From a virus (taxonomy: Duplodnaviria; Caudoviricetes), in IMG/VR virus record IMGVR_UViG_3300032225_000684, positions 1 to 24,845 of that record: a stretch of DNA of 24,845 nucleotides; one strand, 5' to 3'. The translations under genes were made by a program, and so were the position numbers. The notes under the pieces were generated by a model, which was not told where the DNA came from, searched no databases, and saw only the letters and a program-made list of their open reading frames with translations. The stretch's first letter is position 1, and the number at the start of each line of letters is the position of its first letter. This document shows, one piece after another, positions 9,430-17,260 of the stretch.

Positions 9430-9477
9430 AGTGTGTTTTGTTCAGATGATATCCTGTCCCCGATTTTGTTTATTAAA

Positions 9478-9768
9478 TTAGTTTTCTGATTTCTCCAAAA
9501 ATTCTTCCACTTCTTCTGAATTAGTTGGAATTTTTAACTCCAACATTTTTTCGTAGAACTCATCGTTATCCTCAACATCCCAATCAAATTCACCATATTC
9601 TACTGAACAACAATCTTCAAATGTTGAAAACTCACAATCCCAATGATTAAGAGTTTCTTCTTCTTCAATGTGTTTTACTACTTTTTGTTTGAATAAGTCC
9701 ATGTCTGAGATTTCAATTGTGACTTCTCTCCATGCTCTTACATACTGTTTGAATGTTACTGTTGCCAT
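9478..9768 (-). CDS. Acidic hypothetical early protein, 96 aa
   Basis: ORF with its own TAACTTTG promoter and A-rich leader. Confidence 0.75.
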   Translation of the reverse strand: MATVTFKQYVRAWREVTIEISDMDLFKQKVVKHIEEEETLNHWDCEFSTFEDCCSVEYGEFDWDVEDNDEFYEKMLELKIPTNSEEVEEFLEKSEN

Positions 9769-9784
9769 ACTGTTTTATTTTTTA

Positions 9785-9792
9785 CAAAGTTA
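9785..9792 (-). promoter_or_regulatory. Bacteroidota -7 promoter element TAACTTTG
   Basis: Matches TAnnTTTG, 16 nt upstream of ATG 9768. Confidence 0.7.
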
Positions 9793-9798
9793 AAGAAA

Positions 9799-10017
9799 TT
9801 AATTCCACATTAAAAATTTATTTTGTCTTGGGAATATGAAGACATCACAATAATCAACATCTTTATATTCATCATAATACAATTCAATACCATTGTCACC
9901 TTCAACAGTTTCTTTATCTACTTCAGCATTTCTAAAACCACCAACTTCAATTAAAACCTCACCCAACTCTTCAATGTTAAGTGTTTTAAGATATTCAATT
10001 ACTTTTTCTTTTTTCAT
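9799..10017 (-). CDS. Hypothetical early protein, 72 aa
   Basis: ORF with its own promoter and A-rich leader. Confidence 0.7.
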   Translation of the reverse strand: MKKEKVIEYLKTLNIEELGEVLIEVGGFRNAEVDKETVEGDNGIELYYDEYKDVDYCDVFIFPRQNKFLMWN

Positions 10018-10033
10018 GTGTGTTTATTTTTTA

Positions 10034-10065
10034 CAAAGGTATGGGTTATTTATTTACCCACCAAA
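10034..10065 (-). promoter_or_regulatory. Bacteroidota primary-sigma promoter
   Basis: TTTG-N20-TACCTTTG. Confidence 0.8.
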
Positions 10066-10481
10066 TTTTTTTTGTAATTTCTAATAATCCTTTTTGTTTG
10101 TGGATAACTTATTCCTGACTCCTGTGAGATTGACCAAGCACTCATACCTTTTTTATGATTTTCAATCACAATAAAATCAGAATATCCAACGGTCCTTTTA
10201 CAATTATTGAAGTGATGTTGTTTGATGTTGCTCAAAGGACCAACTGTATGGCAATTAGGACACATTGTAGGGACTTTTGATTGGTCCCTTGAGTAATCTG
10301 TCAAATTGAATTTACCTACCGTAGAACCCAATGTTTTACCCCTTTCCGTCATTTTTGATTTATTGAGATTAACTTTATTAGAAACATTAACACCATTGAG
10401 ATGTTGTTGTATTTTACCATCAGTCATTTGACATAATCTATTAAGATTGACCTCATCCAATATTTCCTGTAATGATTTCAT
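10050..10481 (-). CDS. Zn-finger (CPNC...HF..C) plus HTH protein, paralogue A
   Basis: Likely start MKSLQ at 10481; CPNCHTVG...HHFNNCKR followed by HTH-like GMSAWSISQESGISYPQTKRII. Confidence 0.7.
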   Translation of the reverse strand: MKSLQEILDEVNLNRLCQMTDGKIQQHLNGVNVSNKVNLNKSKMTERGKTLGSTVGKFNLTDYSRDQSKVPTMCPNCHTVGPLSNIKQHHFNNCKRTVGYSDFIVIENHKKGMSAWSISQESGISYPQTKRIIRNYKKNLVGK

Positions 10482-10486
10482 ATAAA

Positions 10487-11332
10487 TTATTTTAAGTATT
10501 CTGATTCCCAAATAAATTGATAGTCCTCTTTGTTCTTGATGTAGTCCTCACACATCATCTTTGCTGTTCTGATAGACTTAGTTTTCATCTTATCCCAATT
10601 TTGATACATGAACACACAACACTCCTCTTTGACATTATTTGGGACCTTTACAACAGGAGGAAGGACATTAAGAATAACATCAGATATCCAACCCCATTGA
10701 ACCATTGGTTCCATAACAAAATCATATACACGACAACGGTTACGAATTGCGTTTAAGTGAATCATACGGTCTTTTACTTTTTTACCATTCACCTCATCAT
10801 CATAAGGTAATCTCTCGTTAGCAGTGAATACAAACACCATCTTGTTAGTAGGAACAACGAATCCTGTTGTACCTTCAACAATGTGAGATTGAATTGCTCT
10901 TTGTTGTAATTCATCTAACTGACTGATAAGACCACCCAACATCTTTTGATAGTGGAATACACGGTTACCTTCAAGAATATTCTTGATGATGTTGATGTTA
11001 GATGTATCCTTCAATATCTCATTACAATCATCAACAGATACAACAGTAACCTCATTAGGATTGAGATAGTTAATTAACGCAAGTTGAACTCCAAACGCAA
11101 ACATAGATACATTACCTGAGATGGTAACATAGTTAATACCATTCTTAGACATCGCATCATTAACGGTGTGAGTCTTACCTAAACCAGGAACTGAATAAAT
11201 GTATGAGTGGTTATACTCATCATCAGTATTGAAGTTAGAAATCTTATTACCAAGAATAGATAATCTTTTACGGTTCTTAGCACCTAACTCTAAGAACTGT
11301 GTCATCTGTGGAGTGAATGTTTTTGTTTTCAT
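10487..11332 (-). CDS. P-loop (AAA-like) ATPase
   Basis: Walker A SVPGLGKT, Walker B VVSVDDC, sensor FVFTAN, Arg finger AIRNRC. Start moved to an ATG (11332 or 11341) downstream of the promoter at 11350-11357. Confidence 0.85.
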   Translation of the reverse strand: MKTKTFTPQMTQFLELGAKNRKRLSILGNKISNFNTDDEYNHSYIYSVPGLGKTHTVNDAMSKNGINYVTISGNVSMFAFGVQLALINYLNPNEVTVVSVDDCNEILKDTSNINIIKNILEGNRVFHYQKMLGGLISQLDELQQRAIQSHIVEGTTGFVVPTNKMVFVFTANERLPYDDEVNGKKVKDRMIHLNAIRNRCRVYDFVMEPMVQWGWISDVILNVLPPVVKVPNNVKEECCVFMYQNWDKMKTKSIRTAKMMCEDYIKNKEDYQFIWESEYLK

Positions 11333-11349
11333 ATTTGTCATTTGTTTCA

Positions 11350-11357
11350 CAAAGATA
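11350..11357 (-). promoter_or_regulatory. Bacteroidota -7 element TATCTTTG
   Basis: Matches TAnnTTTG; the -33 element is not clear. Confidence 0.65.
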
Positions 11358-11361
11358 GGGA

Positions 11362-11751
11362 TTATGTGTGAGATGAAAAAATATTTTTTTGTTTTTTAAT
11401 TATTGGTTCAAGTCCCGCTACTTTCAAATTAGTAATTTCTGTCATTTGTTTATATGACATACCTGACTTGTATAATTCAAATATTTTTGAATCGTTCATT
11501 CCTTTGGGTCTAACACATTTGTCAAAATGAAACCTCATTATACTTTTTTTTGGACCACTACATCCACAATTTGGACAAGTAACAATAACAGAGGAATTTT
11601 GTCTTGCTATGTCCCCATAGGTTTTAATACAGAACATTCTTTTAGTTTTGAATTTTTCTGTTTGTTTCAGATTAGATATACGACTAATGTTTTTGGTGGT
11701 AGCAAACTTTAATTCAGAAACTTTATTTAATAAGTCTTGTAAATTTTCCAT
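11362..11751 (-). CDS. Zn-finger plus HTH protein, paralogue B
   Basis: Likely start MENLQ at 11751; CPNCGCSG...RFHFDKCVR and GMSYKQMTEITNL. Confidence 0.7.
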   Translation of the reverse strand: MENLQDLLNKVSELKFATTKNISRISNLKQTEKFKTKRMFCIKTYGDIARQNSSVIVTCPNCGCSGPKKSIMRFHFDKCVRPKGMNDSKIFELYKSGMSYKQMTEITNLKVAGLEPIIKKQKNIFSSHT

Positions 11752-11762
11752 TGTTTTTTTTA

Positions 11763-11793
11763 CAAAGATAAGGAGATATAGATTACTGGCAAA
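11763..11793 (-). promoter_or_regulatory. Bacteroidota primary-sigma promoter
   Basis: TTTG-N19-TATCTTTG. Confidence 0.8.
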
Positions 11794-11810
11794 ATAAAAG
11801 TTATTCACAT

Positions 11811-11839
11811 AAAAAACCCTCACTTTTTTAAGGTGAGGG
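11811..11839 (-). terminator. Intrinsic terminator
   Basis: CCCTCAC-loop-GTGAGGG-TTTTTT on the minus strand. Confidence 0.85.
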
Positions 11840-11867
11840 AATGGAGATGGGAGTCATAACTCCATTT

Positions 11868-12083
11868 TTATATTTCGTTGAACTTATCTAAAATAAATTT
11901 ATCAATTGCTTCTAACCTGTCTCCGATTTCTTTACTGTATCCATTGATACAATAATCCACCAATACATTGGTAACTCCAACAATTTCTTTTAATTTAAGA
12001 TTAACTCCTAATTTGGTTGTATAATCAAATACAAACTTTAACTGACTTTGCGTCACGATTGTTTTCTGTGTGTCTTGTGCCAT
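11868..12083 (-). CDS. Hypothetical protein, 71 aa
   Basis: Packed ORF in a two-gene unit. Confidence 0.75.
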   Translation of the reverse strand: MAQDTQKTIVTQSQLKFVFDYTTKLGVNLKLKEIVGVTNVLVDYCINGYSKEIGDRLEAIDKFILDKFNEI

Positions 12084-12087
12084 AATT

Positions 12088-12354
12088 TTAATTTTCTATT
12101 TCTTCTAATTCTAATTTATATTTCTTCCAAATTGTTTCTTCCAACGAATCAACAAAATCATTCATAACAATATTTTTATTTTCGTAAGGATTCAAAGAAT
12201 AAGCAACATCAATAAACTCACCAATTATTGAATGAATTTTATACACATCATCTTCTTCAATTTCTAAATTTCTATCACTAATAAGATAATGGAATAAATC
12301 ATCCATAGATGGATTCCAACATAATTCTCTAACAATTTCTGATAAATGTTTCAT
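12088..12354 (-). CDS. Hypothetical acidic protein, 88 aa
   Basis: ORF downstream of the promoter at 12370-12401. Confidence 0.75.
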   Translation of the reverse strand: MKHLSEIVRELCWNPSMDDLFHYLISDRNLEIEEDDVYKIHSIIGEFIDVAYSLNPYENKNIVMNDFVDSLEETIWKKYKLELEEIEN

Positions 12355-12369
12355 AATTTTTATTTTTTA

Positions 12370-12401
12370 CAAATTTAATAATTTATTTTGTATCAGCCAA
12401 A
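12370..12401 (-). promoter_or_regulatory. Bacteroidota primary-sigma promoter
   Basis: TTTG-N20-TAAATTTG. Confidence 0.8.
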
Positions 12402-12538
12402 AGTTCTTCGTATGCTGCTTTCTCAACCTCCTTTTGTAATAACCATATCTCATAATCCATCTGTAAATCATCAGGATATTTTGATTCATCTAATTCTAAT
12501 TCAAAGATGTTGTCTAATAATTCTTTCATTTGTCCCAT
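12383..12538 (-). CDS. Small acidic hypothetical protein, 51 aa (not in ORF track)
   Basis: MGQMKELLDNIFELELDESKYPDDLQMDYEIWLLQKEVEKAAYEELLADTK*; A-rich leader and promoter at 12555-12587. Confidence 0.7.
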   Translation of the reverse strand: MGQMKELLDNIFELELDESKYPDDLQMDYEIWLLQKEVEKAAYEELLADTK

Positions 12539-12554
12539 AGTATTTTTGTTTTAA

Positions 12555-12587
12555 TAAATGTAGGACATAAGGGGGATAAGGTCAATA
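12555..12587 (-). promoter_or_regulatory. TATTGAC-N18-TACATTTA promoter-like site
   Basis: Same architecture as 8708-8740 and 12721-12752. Confidence 0.55.
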
Positions 12588-12595
12588 GTATAAAC

Positions 12596-12628
12596 AAAAA
12601 AAAGTTTGATTTTTTAGGTCAAACTTTT
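12596..12628 (-). terminator. Intrinsic terminator
   Basis: AAAAGTTTGA-CCTAAAAAA-TCAAACTTTT followed by a T run. Confidence 0.7.
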
Positions 12629-12720
12629 AACTAAATTAAAATAGGGACAGGTGGTAAAAAAAAATAGACGGATATAATAATGGATAGCATAGACTGCTGA
12701 AAACCAACCTGTCCCACTAT
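12596..12720 (-). ncRNA. Candidate small RNA, about 120 nt
   Basis: Promoter motif at 12721-12752, GC-rich stem GGGACAGGT(T)GGT/ACCACCTGTCCC, pyrimidine-rich loop, terminator; no ORF. Confidence 0.6.
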
Positions 12721-12755
12721 TAAATATACAAATAATAGTATCTTGGTAAATATAG

Positions 12756-13730
12756 TTAATCAACTATTGGTCCACCAGCAACCCACGCATCGCATGTTCT
12801 TTTACTGGCACATTTGAAATCAAAGGCTTGACATACACCTAAGTCACCTGCTTTGATTGTATCCCAAGCATCATCACCTCCAATACCTTTGGCTATACAA
12901 TCTAATGTTTTTTTCTTTTGGTCAAAGAACGAACAATTTCCACATAAAGATTTCTTTGCTGATTCTACATCACCTTGAAACATATCGGCTTTTTTTTTCC
13001 AATATTCTTCATTAGGTTCATTAGGATTTTGAGGTCCATAATTTGCTTCATCAATTGCTTTTTGTCTGTTTGCTAAATTCAATTTGATATCTTGAGTTTC
13101 AGGAGGACAATCTTCAGCCATAGCAACAGGAGCAGGAGCAGCAACAACATTTGGATTACTTCCACCTGATGGTTGTACTACAACTGATGCGGCACATCTT
13201 TTTCTTGCTTCTTCATGAGTTAAAGATGAATCTTCTTTCATTCTTTTAGCAATACAATCACCAATGTTTGTTCCCATTTCTTCCATCGCAACTGGTTCAA
13301 CAATTAGTTCAGACATACACATTGTATATGCTTCTTTGTAATCTTTGCCAGAAGCCTTGTATTTGGACATACAACCCTCAAATTTGACATCAGGATGTTC
13401 TTCTGTACCAAACTCTTCAAGACGAGCCCAATACTTGTAATAAGAGTTAAATGCGTTTAAGCAATGACCCATTCTTTCTTTCATATTTGGGAACTGTGCT
13501 TTCATCTTTTGATGTGATTGACATCTTGATAAGTAAGCACCTCTATTTTCTGCTTTCTTTGGTGTTAAAACAAATACTTCTTCTGTTTCTTTTGACATAC
13601 TTCTGTTTTTTACTTTTTGATAACAGACGGCTAAGGCTTGCTCTCTTGTATATTCATCTGCGATTGCTTTGTAACAACGAGATAAAAATTCATCTGTTTT
13701 TTCATTTTTTTCTGGTGATGGAATTGGCAT
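12756..13730 (-). CDS. Cys-rich modular protein, 324 aa (probable virion/head accessory)
   Basis: Four twin-Cys helical modules followed by a domain containing CGNCSFF...C...C...CxxxxxCDAW. Confidence 0.7.
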   Translation of the reverse strand: MPIPSPEKNEKTDEFLSRCYKAIADEYTREQALAVCYQKVKNRSMSKETEEVFVLTPKKAENRGAYLSRCQSHQKMKAQFPNMKERMGHCLNAFNSYYKYWARLEEFGTEEHPDVKFEGCMSKYKASGKDYKEAYTMCMSELIVEPVAMEEMGTNIGDCIAKRMKEDSSLTHEEARKRCAASVVVQPSGGSNPNVVAAPAPVAMAEDCPPETQDIKLNLANRQKAIDEANYGPQNPNEPNEEYWKKKADMFQGDVESAKKSLCGNCSFFDQKKKTLDCIAKGIGGDDAWDTIKAGDLGVCQAFDFKCASKRTCDAWVAGGPIVD

Positions 13731-14107
13731 TATTTCGTAAGTGTTAAGAAGTATAATGTATGGTTAACATCCCCTAAAATTGTGTCTCTAATTGTTAATA
13801 AATCAGTATCTTTTATGGGGTCTAAGGCTTGAGTTAATTGATATAAAAAATCTTTGAATTGAGATAAATAAAGGAATATATCATTTGTTGCGGGATTATC
13901 AAACTCAATTGAAAATGTCTCACCATAATTAGGTCTACCATATTCAGGATGTCCAATCATAGTCTCAATAAATTCATCAATTGATTCGTTTAATTTGTCA
14001 TATAGTTTTCCCAAATATTTGTGTTGAACAAAATTAAGTGTTTGCCAGTGGTTAAATCTTATCTGTGCTTGACAGTGAACAAAATGTAATATTATTTCTT
14101 CTTTCAT
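13730..14107 (-). CDS. Ferritin/Dps-like protein (DUF5856-like)
   Basis: HWQT...HKYLGKLYDKL...IDEFIETMIG pattern and C-terminal YFLTL. Confidence 0.75.
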   Translation of the reverse strand: MKEEIILHFVHCQAQIRFNHWQTLNFVQHKYLGKLYDKLNESIDEFIETMIGHPEYGRPNYGETFSIEFDNPATNDIFLYLSQFKDFLYQLTQALDPIKDTDLLTIRDTILGDVNHTLYFLTLTK

Positions 14108-14109
14108 AA

Positions 14110-14370
14110 TTAAATTGATTTTCCGTATTTCAACTCTTTGTTTTCTTTATATAAATCATCCATCTTTGTTTCCAATTGTTGAATCTTAACATTCAATGAT
14201 TCAATTTCTTTTTTAAGGTCTTGAATAATTTCTTGATATAAACCTATACTTAATTCCAAGTTTTTCAATAATTGGTTTTCAACTTCAGCATTAACTCTTC
14301 TACGACCTACGAACCACGCAGCAACACCAGTTAAAGTGTTTGATATCAATAATAATACTTCGTTACTCAT
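14110..14370 (-). CDS. Holin-like single-TM coiled-coil protein
   Basis: Likely start MSNEV at 14370 (TAATG coupling); TM LLLISNTLTGVAAWFVG, then RRR and a heptad coiled coil. Confidence 0.55.
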   Translation of the reverse strand: MSNEVLLLISNTLTGVAAWFVGRRRVNAEVENQLLKNLELSIGLYQEIIQDLKKEIESLNVKIQQLETKMDDLYKENKELKYGKSI

Positions 14371-14996
14371 TAAAAACATCCTCCATTTATACAAGCAAAC
14401 TCTGGTCCTGAGTAATATCCAATACCTGATTTAGCCCAACCATACATCATTCCTGCGTTATCTCCATGACCGTTATTAAGATAAACACCTGAGAAATAAT
14501 TCTTAGTTAGGTGTGGGAATAAACCTTGTGTTGATGTAAAGTTGAAACACAATGGATAAAAGTTTGAATTAAATATAATCTCTTGTCTCATTCTCTCTTG
14601 GAAAAATTGGCTTCTATCTGTTGCGTTTTTTGCCATCCAAGTCATTTCAGAAATTGTAACAGTTTTATCAGAACCATTAACAATACCATTGTTTTTTATT
14701 CTCATAAAAATACTTGGAAGTGCTTCTGCGTATGCCGCCCAAATCAATAATGGCTGACAAAAATAATTCAAGAAATTATAGTTGACTGTGTTTGCTGAAA
14801 TTGTATTGTCTTGAACTTGTTGTAATAACTGTGTGTAGAAGGGACGACCTATGATATATTCCAAAACAGTCTGTTGTACCACTCCAATAAATGGAAGTAA
14901 CACACTTGATGTTACATTTGGGTCAATATCTGTAAATGATTTTAATTTATTCTCAGATATCAATAAGACATTTTGTTGAACGATTGCTTGACTCAT
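14370..14996 (-). CDS. Putative head-tail adaptor (DUF6712-like), 208 aa
   Basis: Directly after portal; LLISE..LK..T.I..NV....L.PFI...Q pattern of Bacteroidota phage adaptors. Confidence 0.65.
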   Translation of the reverse strand: MSQAIVQQNVLLISENKLKSFTDIDPNVTSSVLLPFIGVVQQTVLEYIIGRPFYTQLLQQVQDNTISANTVNYNFLNYFCQPLLIWAAYAEALPSIFMRIKNNGIVNGSDKTVTISEMTWMAKNATDRSQFFQERMRQEIIFNSNFYPLCFNFTSTQGLFPHLTKNYFSGVYLNNGHGDNAGMMYGWAKSGIGYYSGPEFACINGGCF

Positions 14997-14997
14997 A

Positions 14998-16185
14998 TTA
15001 TTTTACGATTTCATTTGTATTATCTGTTACATCTTTATTTACATCAACTATATCAGAAGAAATTCTAACTGGTGATTCATCAGGGATTGTAACCATTTGG
15101 AATTGCTTAATATCAATTTCAGTTGGTTGCTTATCTCTAAGAGTTAAAAGTTTTTCAAATACTTTTTTGATTTCTTCTTGAATAGGTTCAATTACCAAAT
15201 GTTGAAAATGGTCTTGTGCCTCCAAGTGATTTGGATTTCCCAAAGCACCAGGTGTTTGAATACCCAATAATTCAGGTGAGGAAATTTGATGTGATGTTAG
15301 GATGGCACTTTGTACTGAAGCATTCATTTCAATCCACATTTTGTCTGAACCATTTGGTGATATGGTTGTAATCTCAGGTGCTTCTTCTTTGTTATTAGCA
15401 AATGTTAACATTAACTTTCCTGGATTATTGCTTGATGAATATTTCGCAGTTAATGTGTTATAGATTTGTTCTCTTTCTTCAGGTGCTGGTATTCCTGAAT
15501 TTAATGAAACAAATAAAGATGGATTTAATCCATTGATGATATTTGAATGCCAAAAATTGTATACCTCAACTTCTGTAGCAATTGCTGTTGAACCACCCCA
15601 ATAAGTTGGAGTAGCATAATATTCATTTCCTGGACTGTGTGTTGTGTAATAAAAAACTTGTGATGGTTCTTCTGCCATAATATTAAATGATGGCAATTTT
15701 CTTGGTGGGAATTTTCTATAAAATGCCCAATCAGAACAATAATAATAATTGTTAACATGGTCATTTATATCACTTCTTTCGGCTCTTAATTTGGATGTAT
15801 CCATTGAATACATTTCAAATCCTAATTCACGGTCTCTTCTGTGAACAATATTGATACTAAATGCCCCATAGAGTATAAAATCTAAACAGCATTTATCCCA
15901 AATATCTTTTACGCTATCTCCTAATGAGTTAGCCATTTGTAATCGTTCATTGTCCCCATTTTTCAAAGATATTTCTTCACCTCTAACACCATACCATTTT
16001 GACATTACAGAGGCTCTATGGGTCGGAGAACTGTTATATAAACGAATTAGTTCTTGTGGGGCTAAATTGGCAATACCATAAAATACCCATGGCGTTCTGT
16101 GGTTTAATCCAGTTTGTTCTTCAATAATGGGAACTCTAGCAACTTGAAAATTGTGAATGTATAAATTATTTTTTTGTTCTTCCAT
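14998..16185 (-). CDS. Portal protein
   Basis: LIRLYNSSPTH, DFILYGAF, NGLNPS, SSNNPGK, ILTSHQISSPELLGI, VIEPIQ; likely start MEEQ at 16185. Confidence 0.88.
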   Translation of the reverse strand: MEEQKNNLYIHNFQVARVPIIEEQTGLNHRTPWVFYGIANLAPQELIRLYNSSPTHRASVMSKWYGVRGEEISLKNGDNERLQMANSLGDSVKDIWDKCCLDFILYGAFSINIVHRRDRELGFEMYSMDTSKLRAERSDINDHVNNYYYCSDWAFYRKFPPRKLPSFNIMAEEPSQVFYYTTHSPGNEYYATPTYWGGSTAIATEVEVYNFWHSNIINGLNPSLFVSLNSGIPAPEEREQIYNTLTAKYSSSNNPGKLMLTFANNKEEAPEITTISPNGSDKMWIEMNASVQSAILTSHQISSPELLGIQTPGALGNPNHLEAQDHFQHLVIEPIQEEIKKVFEKLLTLRDKQPTEIDIKQFQMVTIPDESPVRISSDIVDVNKDVTDNTNEIVK

Positions 16186-16223
16186 ATTATTAAATATATG
16201 TTTTTTTATTCTCAATCATAGCC

Positions 16224-16646
16224 TTATGGTGTGATTTCACCTGGCGCAAATATGTAGTTAGAATTAAACTCATCATTTGATACATACTCAACAAAATAAT
16301 CATTTGCCGTTGTAGCAGATTGTGGCACCAATAATGCTGTTCCTGTTTCAATAATTCCTTGAGATAACAAAGGATTAAGATTACCTGAACCAAGTGGCTG
16401 TTGATAAATACCATAGGTATATTGTCCTTGATAAGGGAATTGTATTTTACCCGCACCAATACCTTCCACAAATACAAATTCATCATACCTCACCTTATGT
16501 GATGATATGTCAGTTGGAATAAATCTAACTTGTTGTTTTGAAAATATATGAGTAAAAGAAAATAACCATTCAGGATTTGAAATTGTTGCGTTCTGTGATA
16601 CAGTAACAACCATTGTATTAGCCTGATTTGTTTTAAGTAATATCAT
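16224..16646 (-). CDS. Virion structural protein, 140 aa
   Basis: Between tail tube and portal, beta-rich, with an ATATTTA motif upstream. Confidence 0.6.
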   Translation of the reverse strand: MILLKTNQANTMVVTVSQNATISNPEWLFSFTHIFSKQQVRFIPTDISSHKVRYDEFVFVEGIGAGKIQFPYQGQYTYGIYQQPLGSGNLNPLLSQGIIETGTALLVPQSATTANDYFVEYVSNDEFNSNYIFAPGEITP

Positions 16647-16658
16647 AATAATAAATAT

Positions 16659-16690
16659 AACATTGGGGGAACGCGATGCTCCCCCATGTT
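16659..16690 (-). terminator. Hairpin/terminator after the tail tube gene
   Basis: AACATGGGGGAGC-ATCGC-GTTCCCCCAATGTT. Confidence 0.7.
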
Positions 16691-16703
16691 ATTTTGAAAT
16701 AGA

Positions 16704-17228
16704 TTATTGAACTGTGATACCTGTTGCTACTGAAGCAAGAGAACCTGCCAATTGATTCATTGGATTTTGCTCCAATGCTTGGAAAGTTATGTTATAGCCG
16801 TTAGCATCACCTAATGCTTTACCTGTTACTGAAGTTCCTGCTGATACAAACATTCCGTAAGTTTCTCCGCAATAAAAACTATCTCCGTTGTTGTCAACGA
16901 TAACAACTGCTAATCTTGGAGATTGAGCAAGTGTTTTTAAGATGTTTCTTTTTGCTTGTGATAACTTTGCGAAATAAGTCACTAATTCCTGAGTGTAAAA
17001 TACTGTTCCATTTTCCAATGAAGCATTTACGGTCTCTGTATATTGTGAACTTGTTCTAATCAATTGAAACTCATAAAAAGTTCCTGAACCAGAAATTGCT
17101 GTGATTGTATCACCAGTAGTCTTCGTTATTGAAGCGATGTTTGTGAAATCTGTGATGTATGCCGTAGCAACACCACCCACATTATCTCTACAACTTAATT
17201 GAATACCTGATGTAAGATTACAAGACAT
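16704..17228 (-). CDS. Putative major tail tube protein, 174 aa
   Basis: MSCNLTSG...CRDNVGG, ENGTVFYTQ and GDANGYNITF are typical of Bacteroidota siphophage tail proteins. Confidence 0.7.
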   Translation of the reverse strand: MSCNLTSGIQLSCRDNVGGVATAYITDFTNIASITKTTGDTITAISGSGTFYEFQLIRTSSQYTETVNASLENGTVFYTQELVTYFAKLSQAKRNILKTLAQSPRLAVVIVDNNGDSFYCGETYGMFVSAGTSVTGKALGDANGYNITFQALEQNPMNQLAGSLASVATGITVQ

Positions 17229-17260
17229 ATTATATTGATTTATTGTTTTGTTTATTTTGT

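Noticed and set aside
11752-11823. Upstream start extensions in the ORF track (also 4988, 10511, 11350, 14394, 16215)
   Set aside because: They run through promoters, terminators or neighbouring genes; downstream ATGs fit better.
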